NCBI GenBank assembly: GCA_964035545.1 | Contig: OZ037773.1 | Location: 8,089,751-8,153,750, forward strand | Reading direction: 5' to 3' | Length of the DNA stretch: 64,000 nucleotides | Source: Bugula neritina | Taxonomy: Eukaryota > Animalia > Bryozoa | Shown here: positions 52,208 through 64,000 of the stretch, piece by piece | How positions within the stretch are numbered: the stretch's first letter is position 1 | Layout: each line of letters begins with the position of its first letter | Position numbers and translations under genes: made by a program | Notes under the pieces: generated by a model | Told to the model about the DNA's origin: nothing | What the model saw: only the letters and a program-made list of their open reading frames with translations | Database searches by the model: none

Positions 52208-54222
52208 ATAATATTTTCCTAATATCAAATTTAACTCTTAGTGTATGACATATACTTATTCAGAATAGCAATGACAGCTACCAGAATAGCATTTTCAGCT
52301 ATTATAAGGGGGTTTATTAATATTTTAATACCACTAAATACTGGGTACAAATCTCTAGTGAATCAGAGCTTAATTGGAAAAGCCCACATTGCCAGGTACA
52401 TCTGAAGACAGACTTAATAAAATCTGGCAGATTGTCAGTTGCTCAGTAATTAATGGTTCCTGTTACAAGAGCCATTGTTGCGTCACAACAACCAGCTTTG
52501 TGTAGTAATGATTCAATAATTATTATTATATTGAGGTTCAGCTACAGTTTTTGCATTAGTTTAGAGCGAAATAATTAAATGACGTTTCTAACAGTTTCCT
52601 TCCTTTTAAAATTGACGATTAAATAAACAAAAGGATGAGTCAGTCCAGCTTTGGTAACTTACCAAAATTGTTTGTAGAGTAAAACATACTTTTTGCAGTT
52701 GAGATTCTTATTTGTATCTGTTTACAATGTTGTTAATGCTAATAGTAAGTTAAAAATTGGAAATCATTATCTCTATCTTGTTTAATGGGGCTGTGCAAAG
52801 ATAACATGGCTGCCTATAGTCATGCTTTGATTCTGAAGTCACAATTATATGTTGTCCAAGTAGGAAGTCTACTAGGATTTCCAAAAGCCACTCATATCAA
52901 ACCAACCCAGGAAACTGCGGCTAAGGCTCTCGAGGCTGTAGCTATTCTTCCACAAAAAATATCTGTTTTGAAAATTCCATCGTGCCATTATTGTTTTGTA
53001 TATAATCAAAAAGTTCATCGCATATTGGTTCATATATAAAGCTTCTCGAATTAACTTTATTCTCAAAATGAAAATATTTTCTTAGCAAATTACACCATCA
53101 TGCAAAACTGTAGCAATCACTTATAATTATAAAACTTATCTACATATGCGTAATTATAATATGCAAATATTTTTAACGTACTCAAGTGTTCATGTTATGG
53201 CTGTTGTTTATTATAATGAGTACTTTTTCAACTTGGCAAAAACTGCTGCACCTGGAAACTAATATATATAAAAAATGTTTGCTGTTGGCCAACTGTAACT
53301 GAATCGGCAATTGAGTACCTTGAACTGAGTGACTGACATTTGTTTCTGCACTACTTCCTCTAAAAGTTCTCAAATATTTTGCCAAATGATTGAGCCCAAG
53401 TTACTAATATTCAATTGGTATAATTAAATTTAAGTGTATTACAACACATAAAATGTAATTATAAGGCATGATAAAAAAACTTTTGGTACAATACCTACTT
53501 CAGTGCTGAAAGATGCACAAACATAATATGTTCTAGACAGATGATTACTGATATAAAATTTACTCACCTAAATTAAAACAATTGATCAACCTTAGATGCA
53601 GTTTAAAGTAAAGTATCAATATCTGTGTTTAAGTAGCACAAAAACAATTCTGATTGGATGCTCTTTCTGACATCAGTATCTATGCTGCTATGGTTTGGGT
53701 TTTCATGTTTTAGTACACACAATAGGCCATGTCTGCTCAATTAAAGTAGCATAGATTCACAAACATAAATACCATATTATATCATTTTACATTATATTAA
53801 TTTATATTATATAACGTAGTATAAGTTTATAGTTATATACTGCAGCACATGTTGCAAACTGTACCCAGTGTTTTAATATAAAAGTATTTAGTTTAGAAAA
53901 CATACAACACTGAGACTAGGATGTGTTTTAATATTCATGTAGACGAGTTTCTAGTAAAGCAGCTTTGTGGAGCAGTTTAACCTCAGCGAGTAAACAAGAC
54001 GGCCAACCAAATTTAAGGAACTATGTCTAGTCTGGGAATAATCTATGAGCAGTATATGAATGCTTCCTCGGTCTCACCAAACCTTTCATCTCAATACAAT
54101 CACAAAAATCAGGCAGATATTTCAATTTGGACAACTCAATCAATGAATCATTTTGGAAAGATTCTATATTCTTGAACCGGTTTATTTTGGCCATTTCCTT
54201 GACTTGATATTGTCAATATGGA

Positions 54223-55975
54223 TTAGTGGGGATTTTCATGACACCCTAAGCCATATGAGATAATTAGTCTCCATGGAAATATCTGAATTTGCATATTTTC
54301 TTCTTTTACACTAAACTAGCAAAGTTTCTTCAATAGAAAAGTGTTATTACGAGTATTTGATGATAAGCAAGGGAAGTTCAATGAAAGCTGATCTCATACC
54401 AAATCTTCTATTGCCATTGTGAAAAGAAATTATAAATTAATAAGCATTGTTATGCCCTTTAGACAATAAAGCACACATTATATTTTAATAGAGTTTAAGC
54501 TGAGTTTGTGATCACAAATCCCTGGGAAAACTGTTATATTGGTAGCTTTAAATCCTTACCTGCAGTGATACAGCCATACAGACCTCAATGTATCTTAGGA
54601 GCAATTGTGATAGGCCATCTAATAAACTAAAACTTCCTAATGGGGGGTTATAGTTCAATGAGGCCATCCTTCCTGGTACCACTGAGGGCACAACATGGCT
54701 TAGGCTAGACAAGCACCTTAAGCACTAATAAATGTATGCGTAACCTAACCTGTGTATCTAGTATATGAACTTCCTGCAGCAATTGTACCAACAAGCCTAC
54801 ATTTTATTTGACAGCTTTACAAGCTTCTAGGCAAAGGGTGTTGTATAATTTTAGCATTGAGTTTTACTTAAATTACTAATAGTAACCACAGTTAAAGTAC
54901 ACATAAAGTGTGGTGCAGTGCAGAGCACTGTGGCGTGCTGTAAAATGACTCAGAAAACCAAGTAGCTTGATATTTACTACAAATCTAGCAAAGCATATAG
55001 TTGATAAATATAATACATATATTTTAAATTGCTTTGATAGTAACCTAATTATAGGGTTTCCCTTTTAAACAAAAGGCCAAACAAGGTTTTTCAACACACT
55101 TAGGTCACCAGGATCAATGAAACAAAAGTGAATTATCGTGCATAATATTCTCTGGCTATGGTATTGCTGCAGGAAAAATAAACTCATGTCAACAGTTGAC
55201 CAAATATCAAATCACAAAACAGAAGGGACCCCTCTTTAGGTAGAATGCACAGATTCTGACCCAAAATACCAACTCTACACTAACTTATTCTAACAATCTG
55301 ATTTTACACTAAATTTATTATCTTTCTAGACATTAAAGTTGCTGGGAGGCCACAGCATCTAAACACATGTTCGTCAATAGCAAAAGCCAATGCTGATCAT
55401 CTTTGAAATTCAGTTTAAAAATGTACATCAGACCAAGAGCTTTTTCCGTTAATGCAAAAGAAATGTTGATATAAGCTGAAATCCTGTTGAACAAATGAAG
55501 TTTCTTTCTTATAAATTTTGCTTTATAGTATCTCTCACTAGATAGTAGCAGGGTTATTGTGTCCAACAATACTGTGCAACTGTTTATGCTGTAATTTCAT
55601 CTAAGTATATTTTAAGCAAGTACACCATTTATAGTTTTATGATTAAAACATAATATTATGTTCTTCGTTCATATTATATAGGTACTCTAATTCTTCCATC
55701 AGTAAGTTTTAAGCAACACCAATTGTGTGTAGTAGAATTATTCTATTACCGAATCCTTAACACTTCTCCAACTCCTCCATCAGTCAGTTTACCACAAAGT
55801 GTTTGTATTTTTTATTAAACTTGTGCTGTCTGAACTGTTAATACAAATCCCTACTACTATATTTAGATAATAATAACAGTACCACCCTGTACTGATGAAT
55901 ATCAAGCAGAGTAATTACTTTATAAATTCCTTGAGAGACAAGAAAGTCTATCAGTCAGGTGACTCACTCAGCCAT
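54223..55975 (-). CDS. Candidate small spliced ORF (44 aa) or lncRNA exons
   Basis: Exon parts 55968-55975 (gaaATGGCTGA|gtgagt), 54560-54626 (ttttag|...cag|gtaagg) and 54223-54282. TATATAA at 56101-56107 and TCAGT Inr at 56076-56080 upstream; AATAAA at 54181-54186 downstream. The third exon acceptor is weak. Confidence 0.2.
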
Positions 55976-57715
55976 TTCCTGGTTCCTAGCTGTGGTTTGC
56001 TGAGGTTAACAGCTTCGGTAGTTCTACGGTATTTTGTGTGAAGCTTAAGGCGTATTTATTTAACATTCAATAACCACTGATACTTCCTACTGAAAGTCAC
56101 TTATATAAATATTGATTTTGTTTTTGCAGTAACAAATATGCTTATTTTTGCTCAACAAACAAATGAAGTTCTATAAATAACAGATTTACCATTAGGAAAT
56201 TTTCACTTTTTTTATTACTCATTTACAGTTTTTACGTAAACAAATATATAAGTTTATTTTTCAAATTTTGAGTAATGAATAAAGATCAGATCTTCTACAG
56301 CTGTTTTTCAATATCAAGTATAACTTGAAGAATAAAAATAAAAAATGGCGGTTGTCAGTAAACACAACTATGATGAAATAATTGAGAAAGAAAAGAAAAT
56401 AAAATATGGGTTTCTTTTTCAGCACTCGCGAATTAAATCTAGTCTCAGACCTGAATAATTATATGAAATTAATGCAATATGTAAATATTTTCTTGTTTTA
56501 AGCAGACCCATCAACTCCATCCTATAATAGTGCATGGTCAAACAAGTTTTTAGTCAAAATAATTGTTATGAACTTTATAATAACTTTATCAAATGCATGC
56601 ATATTTATAAAATTTAGTAGTAGATTAATGCAAAAAATAGTTCAATATAGCATGATGCTCAGTTAGCTTTTGAATCTTCTTGTAAAATTTTAAACTGATA
56701 TAGCCTAATTATATCAAAATATTCAAAGTTCATAGATTCAACGTACATTATTGTTTGTGTTATTGTTTGATACAAATAAAAAAAATTAACAATTCTAATT
56801 TGGTTTAAACTACTATATTTGTTTTTAGTGTTTTCGATTTTTCTCAATATCAATTATGTTCGTGGTTTCGTGTTTGTGTGTTTGTTTTAGTGTGATTTAT
56901 TCTCATATGCCAAGTTATCCCAAAAGTCCATTTTAATTTGTGACTTCATAACTCTTTTTGACAATCTTGAAATAAGTTATTCAAGACATGCAGAATTGCA
57001 AGCTTACAGATGGAGGGAATGCTGCCATCACATTGTTTGAGAAGTGCAGCACTTCCTGTCAGTTGTAAGCTGAAATGAACTACATGTTTAAGGACAGATT
57101 TTTCTAAAATGTTTTTATGTGGTATTTTGTTTTTATTTTGAATGGTTTCACTGGACACTCATTAGTTTAGGATAATAATATATAGAAGGTTTCCAAAATC
57201 TTGATTGATAGCGTTGGTAACAGATTAAGGTGACGCCAATTGAGAAAAAAAATGTTAGATTGACAAAAATCTACCAGACTCAAGCTACATGCTTCTTGAA
57301 AAGCAGGACATTGAAAAGCTGCATTTTTTGTTAATTTGTGACAATTCCGTGTCACATATTATTAAAATACTTCACAAAATAATATAAAAATATTAAGATA
57401 TTTAGACTAAATGCATTAAGCTTCATGTTCTAAGTTTGTAGTATTCTCAACAATTTTTTCATTTCTGAACATTTTTAAATAAACATAATATTCATGGATC
57501 CATGAATTGTAACAACCAAATTTTCTCTAATACGATTGTTTTTTTATACCAAATCTTGGATTAAAGTAATTTCAGTAACACATCATAATAATGCGTTGAT
57601 ATCTACAGAGTAGCAAGACCTAGTTCTCATATACACATTTATTCATCGCGAAAGTCGGTCACATGGACTTGACATTTATCTGCAACTGATGGTTTGTATA
57701 CAAATTTCCTTTTTC

Positions 57716-57845
57716 TACATCTGCCTTGCAAATTTTTACAATCATAAGTTCTTCTATCTGCATTTACTTGCAAACACCTGCACTTACTTGCAACCATCTG
57801 CAACTTTCTGCAACTATATGCAATCATCTGCAACCATCTGTTTAC
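57716..57845. repeat. Degenerate ~11-bp CATCTGCAA repeat
   Basis: Recurring (A)TCTGCAA(C/T) units. Confidence 0.6.
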
Positions 57846-58165
57846 CAATTAATAAAAGAAATATTGTAAGATTACTGTATGATTTTATCATTGATTACTG
57901 TATGTATGCATTCCATTCATAACCAGTGGCCATTAGCAGCACATCTTATATATTTTCACACAGCTTCAGTAAACAGAACTGAGATGAACTGCTAGTTCAA
58001 TCAGATGAGCAGTATATAATTATTATTAAATACAGGCTTAATTTCCAAAATACAATTTAACAAATATTTCATAACTTCCACTTTGCGGATTATTATCACG
58101 GTCTGCATGGTGTGACAGCTATTAGCATGTCTGCATCTACATGACATTTACTAAATATAACCTCA

Positions 58166-59613
58166 TAGTCTAGAAGTAACCTCCCAAAAAGTGCTCAAAA
58201 AATTGGCTTATTACACTTTACTAGGTGGCCACTCAAAAAAAGTTGTTTATAGATCAAAATTTTGTGCTGATTCTGAATCTACAAACTCTAGAATTCTATC
58301 TCTACCCAAACTCAAGATATTGCAAAAAACAAATCGGCATTTGTGAATTGTGCAAAATAGTATCCAATTTTATCAAGCTATCTTGAAGAAAAAATATTTG
58401 TTGAAATACCAAAAATAATTGCCTCTTACTTAGAATTCTACGCTGATACTGAATTTAAAGACTGCAAGAGGCTATCTCAAATTATAACCAAGTTGTTTAT
58501 ATAAACATATATAGTCTAGAAGTAACCTCCCAAAAATGCTTAAAAAATTGGCTTATTACACTTTACTAAATGGCCACTCAAAAAAAGTTGTTTTTAGATC
58601 AGAATTTTGTGCTGATTCTGAATCTACAACCTCTAGAACTCTATCTTTACCCAAACTCGAGTTATTGCAAAAAACAAATCGACATTTTAGATGGGGGATA
58701 AAAATAAATGTGGATTGTGCAAAATAGTATCCAATTTTATCAAGCTATCTTGAAGAAAAAATATTTGCTGAAATACCAAAAATAATTGCCTCTTACTTAG
58801 AATTCTATGCTGATATTGAATTTAAAGACTGCAAGACGCTATCTCAAATTATAACCAAGTTGTTTATATAAACATATATAGTCTAGAAGTAACCTCCCAA
58901 AAAGTGCTCAAAAAATTGGCTTATTACACTTTACTAAATGGCCACTCAAAAAAAGTTGTTTTTAGATCAGAATTTTGTGCTGATTCTGAATCTATAACCT
59001 CTAGAACTCTATCTTTACCCAAACTCAAGTTATTGCAAAAAACAAATCGACATTTTAGATGGGTGATAAAAATAAATGTGGATTGTGCAAAATAGTATCC
59101 AATTTTATCAAGCTATCTTGAAGAAAAAATATTTGCTGAAATACCAAAAATAATTGCCTCTTACTTAGAATTCTATGCTGATATTGAATTTAAAGACTGC
59201 AAGACGCTATCTCAAATTATAACCAAGTTGTTTATATAAACATATATAGTCTAGAAGTAACCTCCCAAAAAGTGCTCAAAAAATTGGCTTATTACACTTT
59301 ACTAAATGGCCACTCAAAAAAAGTTGTTTTTAGATCAGAATTTTGTGCTGATTCTGAATCTATAACCTCTAGAACTCTATCTTTACCCAAACTCAAGTTA
59401 TTGCAAAAAACAAATCGACATTTTAGATGGGTGATAAAAATAAATGTGGATTGTGCAAAATAGTATCCAATTTTATCAAGCTATCTTGAAGAAAAAATAT
59501 TTGCTAAAATACCAAAAATAATTGCCTCTTACTTAGAATTCTATGCTGATATTGAATTTAAAGACTGCAAGACGCTATCTCAAATTAAAACCAAGTTGTT
59601 TATATAAACATAT
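58166..59613. repeat. Four tandem copies of a ~368-bp unit equal to the transposon terminus
   Basis: Units start with TAGTCTAGAAGTAACCTCC at 58166, 58512, 58879 and 59247. The first copy has a ~22-bp deletion; copies 3 and 4 are nearly identical. This explains the three repeated 63-aa ORFs. Confidence 0.95.
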
Positions 59614-60029
59614 GTGTTTGTTATGAATCGACATATATTGCATGAGGCATAAGCATGCAGAATAATCATGTATGACCAAGCTATTTATACAAAAATAAAA
59701 ACAAAGTCATGCTGATGTGTGAAAAAACTATATTTATAAAATTATAGTACAAAATAAACGTTGAAATGAATAAATATTGAAATCTTTTGAGCTCAGCCCA
59801 AGTGAACCATTTGCTATATAGTCTGTGGGTAGCCGTTAAACGTCTGCAAAAATCAACAAGATTTTGTAAAATTATTTAGAAGAACAGAAGCATGAGAGAT
59901 TATCAAAATCAAATTGGTTGCAGCAAAATATATAACAAATGTCTAAAAATAGTGCTTTATTATGAAAAAGTATTCTCGTCACCATTGTCACTGCCATCAG
60001 TCTCATCAGCTTCTTCCCCAATATAGAGC

Positions 60030-61400
60030 TTTTTCTCAGACAATCCTTACATTGACAAACATCAGTGTATGCACTGCATTTGAGATTTCTGACATCCACA
60101 TCTTGATATGTTCAGCTGGTCTTACAGGAGCAGTTTAAACTTTGCAATATACATGTTCAGGTACGAAAGCTTGAATAATCCACTTTATATTTATGTTCCC
60201 ATGATTCTCAACAATCTTTTCATAATGTTCTGGGGGTGGTGCATCAATATAGGCTGTTGTCACTCTTCTCCAAATGGCTGCCTGATAATTTGCTCTTTTT
60301 ACATGCAAATTTAATTAATCTTTTGTTGGAGGCAAACTCTATTAAGTTATTTTAGACGGTGAACGAAATACAGTGTATCAGACATTATCTATATATGGAT
60401 TTCCTGCTCCATAAAGCTTATATAGACAAATTGTTCTACTTCAGCCGATGTAATGGCTTACAGCTTAAAATACTTCCCATGCAAGGTGTTCAAAGTTTCC
60501 CATACATTATGGAAAATTTTTCAAAAAAGAGTTGGCTGTGAGCTATCTTTTTCCATAAAAAGCACTATAGTCGAATAAAAACCTGTTAAAGCATGAACTC
60601 TACCAAGTGCTGCACACAACTGCGGTTTGGATTTATTTGCTGCAATGCTGACATCCAAATATCTAATATGATTATGGTTTCCTCCCAGCGAGACGCGGTT
60701 TTTATTTTGTTACCATATATATTAATATTACCTATATAACTGATGAATTGATTGCTAATATGCTATAATAGCTATATGTAGCTAATACATAATATATACT
60801 AATACTAATACTAATATAGTAATACATTAATAATAGACACTATCTTTAATGGATACTTATTAGCAAAATATATTTTTAAACAACAGACAAGATGTATAAA
60901 ATAATATACAAAATTAATAAGTTAATGCAAATCAAAGGAATTTATTTACATGCTAAATAACAAGCAATTGATCCAAGTTTATTTAAATATACATATATTT
61001 CAATAATATTAAAATAAGTTGCACATGAAAATACATTTTACCAAAATAAATAACTAGCGTCTAAGTAGGAAATTTAGTCTATCCTCTATCTGGCATGACA
61101 CCATGATTACCACACCAGTGAAAAAATATAATTGGTAAGAAGGTAATGTTTTGCAAATAGCGAGACTTAGGATGAAAGACTGAGATTTGATTATTACACG
61201 TGAGATTATGATGTTCATAAGATATTTTGCATGTAACAAAGTTTGTGTATCTGCTTCCTCGTGATCTAATTGTAAGCATTTGAGTTGTGCTTCCTTAGGA
61301 ATTCCACCATGTTTGGTAAAATTGTAGCGAACGCAATTTTTTTTGGTATGCATCAACTATAATAACAATATTGTTCTCTAAAATATTTTTACTCCATGTT
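60030..61400 (-). pseudogene. Academ transposase C-terminal remnant with stops and frameshifts
   Basis: HEEADT motif (~61240-61270), HALTG (~60580-60620), LPPT..H.KRANYQA.IW (~60230-60340) and CQCKDC (~60040-60070), with in-frame stops, frameshifts and an internal insertion. Confidence 0.75.
60676..61102. mobile_element. Non-autonomous TIR element (MITE) nested in the Academ transposase
   Basis: Flanking direct repeat ATGATTA at 60668-60674 and 61103-61109 (8 bp with one mismatch). Imperfect TIRs GGTTTCCTCCCAGCGAGA versus reverse complement GGTGTCATGCCAGATAGA. AT-rich interior; its removal rejoins GNH-IRYLDV. Confidence 0.6.
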
Positions 61401-63654
61401 TCACACAAAAATGCACCAGTCTCAAACTCAGCTTATTTTATTTGCTGATAAGAAATTATTATTTTTGTAACAAATGGCACACATGAAAAAAGTACATGCC
61501 TATGATCTTTGAATGAGGCAGCCCAAGATCATTTTTCTAATGGGTGGTCTAAATATAACCATATATATTAAACATTATAGGAAAGCTTTAGGGTATTTCT
61601 TCTGTAACTATAACTGAGATAAATTGGCTCTATAGTCATTATATCAAGATAGTATAAAAATATGCATTTTAACCAATAGCATTGTTTTAAAAACTAAATT
61701 GCTTATGTATATATATATATATATATATATATAGTTCAGCCTAAATTTATTAGCAAAGCTCAATTGTACACATTTAAAATATTATCTTCCGGAGTCCAGA
61801 TCAACCAGCTCATGCTTCTCATTACTTATTTTGTAAAAATAATTATTATATAATAAAAATGGTGAAGAAAATCATTATCAGACACAGTTTTACTTATAAT
61901 TCGCCTTTTTTATAGCTGATCAATAATAATGTTGCCTTATAACTGATAAACCCATTCCTTTGCTTGTTTTCGTCCAAATAATCCACTTTTTTCAGATTTT
62001 TTCGCAAGAAAATCACTAGAAATAAACTCAGAGAAGTGAAAAACACATCTATGATTATCTGCAAAAGTTTTTACTTGTATATATAATAAACTAGCTTCAA
62101 TAATTTCAAGATAATATTTAATGGATTTGGACAAAGTTGTGGGGAAACAACTCCTGTAACATTTAAAAGAGTTTTTGTGACTAACCAGGTGAACAGAAAA
62201 ATTTAGAGTTTTTATAAAAGAAAAGTGAAAAAAGTATCTATAATTATTAGCAAATTTATTTTGCTTATATAAAATAAATTAGCTTGAATAATTCCAAAAT
62301 ATTTAGCCGATTCACAAAAACGTTAAGAGAAAACAACTCCTGATCAATTTTAAAAGTTTGAAGCGCTTTTGTGGCTAACTGGGTGCACAGAACTGTCTAG
62401 AGTTTTCACAGATTAATTAGGACCCTTCAAACTTTCCATTTCTAAAAAAATTGCGTGGCCACCCCTCGAAGTGTAATGAGTGAAAGATAATTGGAGGTTA
62501 CTTCTAGACTATCAGTAAAGAAATAGGCAGTTTAAATTTCAGTCAACATTACAATATGAAACGAAATATCTGCATAGTTTTACTCTCTTACATATTTTCA
62601 TTTTATATACCCTGTTTATTGCAGGATTGATATTTGAATAAGTAATATACAATAGAATTTCTTAACAATTGGTGAACTTTCAGACTTGTAAAAAATAAAA
62701 ATTCGTTGTGCATGTAATACTTTATTAATTTTAGCTCAAGCTAAGTCAGCTTATCTAAAGTAAACAATCTGTGGAAATACTTTTGGTCTTTACATAACAG
62801 TTTAATAATTACCAGCTTTACTTAAGGAACAGTTCAATAGCTAATGATTATTACTAAATAAACGAATACATATAACCACTAACCTCAGGCTACAGGCTAT
62901 TTGGGTTCTTAGTAACAGTTGTAGTTGTGCACCAATTGAATTAAAGTTGCATGTAGTGTAAATATTTAATTAGACACAATTATCTAATGCTATGGAATAG
63001 CTTTAGCTAAAACAATGTTTTACAAAGAATAATACTGCCACTAAATCTAATTTTTAATGCATAAAGAATATTTTTATTTTAATGCCTATTTAGCTGTTGC
63101 AATAATAACTATATCTGAGGTCTTGCCAGTTTATAGTCTGTGCTTTGCATTGGTTCCTGCTAATGGGTTAATCTTAGCAGGACCACTGGCTTGAAGTATG
63201 TGTAGAGTATATAATAAAAAAGTAAATTTTGTGTGCTAATGGCAAAAAAAACAACAATACATCTCATTTTAACAATTACACTGCAGCCTAATGTCTATGA
63301 ACTACAATAAAAAGCAGTAAGCAATTATGATCATGATTAAATAATTCGTTAAACATTTAAAACCACTTAAATCACTGTGATGTGTGAGTTATACCCTATT
63401 GTTTTTAAACAGAGACAAAAAATACTAAGGAAAACTGATAAACCTGGAAGTGTTTGGCTAATTAGTAGATAACCACAGAAAGCATTAGCACAGCACGTGT
63501 TACGTGTGACGGAGGAGTTTAATTAATGAATCAGGTTTAAATCTTAATGCAGCTAATGAGTTTAAAAACCTGGCATTGTAAGACACGGGAAGGCTTTAAT
63601 TCTTCATTGTGTGTGTATTTGTGTGAATAATCACACACTTATTCAGAGATGGGC

Positions 63655-63909
<255 letters not shown>

Positions 63910-64000
63910 CAGACAGACAGACAGATGTAGAGATTAGTTGAATAGCAGTGCGTTATGTGTGAAAAGTTACCAGGTGACACTCAGTGAGAGTAATTAAATG

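Larger units (their letters stand above)
58166..62511 (-). mobile_element. Decayed Academ-superfamily DNA transposon
   Basis: 19-bp perfect TIR TAGTCTAGAAGTAACCTCC at 58166 and inverted at 62493-62511. 3-bp TSD TCA at 58163-58165 and 62512-62514. Minus-strand transposase remnants: LDHEEADTQTLLHA, CAALGRVHALTG..SAFYGK, SLPPTKD*LNLHVKRANYQAAIW and a Cys cluster TDVCQCKDC. TAG termini, 3-4 bp TSDs and these motifs fit Academ. Confidence 0.8.

Noticed and set aside
52785-54230. Short ORFs near 52785-53066 and 54020-54210 as exons of a known protein
   Set aside because: No recognisable domain and no consistent chain of splice sites and phases.
58536-59463. Three near-identical 63-aa ORFs
   Set aside because: They lie in tandem copies of a non-coding transposon terminus, two lack an ATG start, and the first repeat copy is disrupted.

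Overview
AT-rich, intron-containing animal (invertebrate-like) genomic DNA; the organism cannot be identified from sequence alone. The main content is a head-to-tail cluster of three intact, secreted animal heme peroxidase genes (peroxidase-cyclooxygenase superfamily; peroxinectin/peroxidasin-type catalytic domain) on the minus strand. They are gene A 6551..14094 (~647 aa), gene B 16361..29825 (~683 aa) and gene C 38964..49075 (~704 aa). I assembled each by hand into 17 GT-AG exons with identical intron phases. The catalytic cores are conserved, but the termini differ: A has a Pro-rich linker and no tail, B has a Pro/Arg/Phe tail, and C has a strongly polycationic Arg/Gln tail. The right end holds a decayed Academ-type DNA transposon (58166..62511; TAG...CTA TIRs, TCA TSD). 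One of its termini is amplified into four ~368-bp tandem copies, and it carries a nested MITE. Also present: tRNA-derived SINEs, many micro/minisatellites (one reads as the U1 snRNA 5' end on the pre-mRNA strand, another triplicates a splice donor), two candidate exons of a convergent plus-strand gene at the left, and a candidate small spliced ORF upstream of the cluster. All coordinates were counted by hand and no searches were run.
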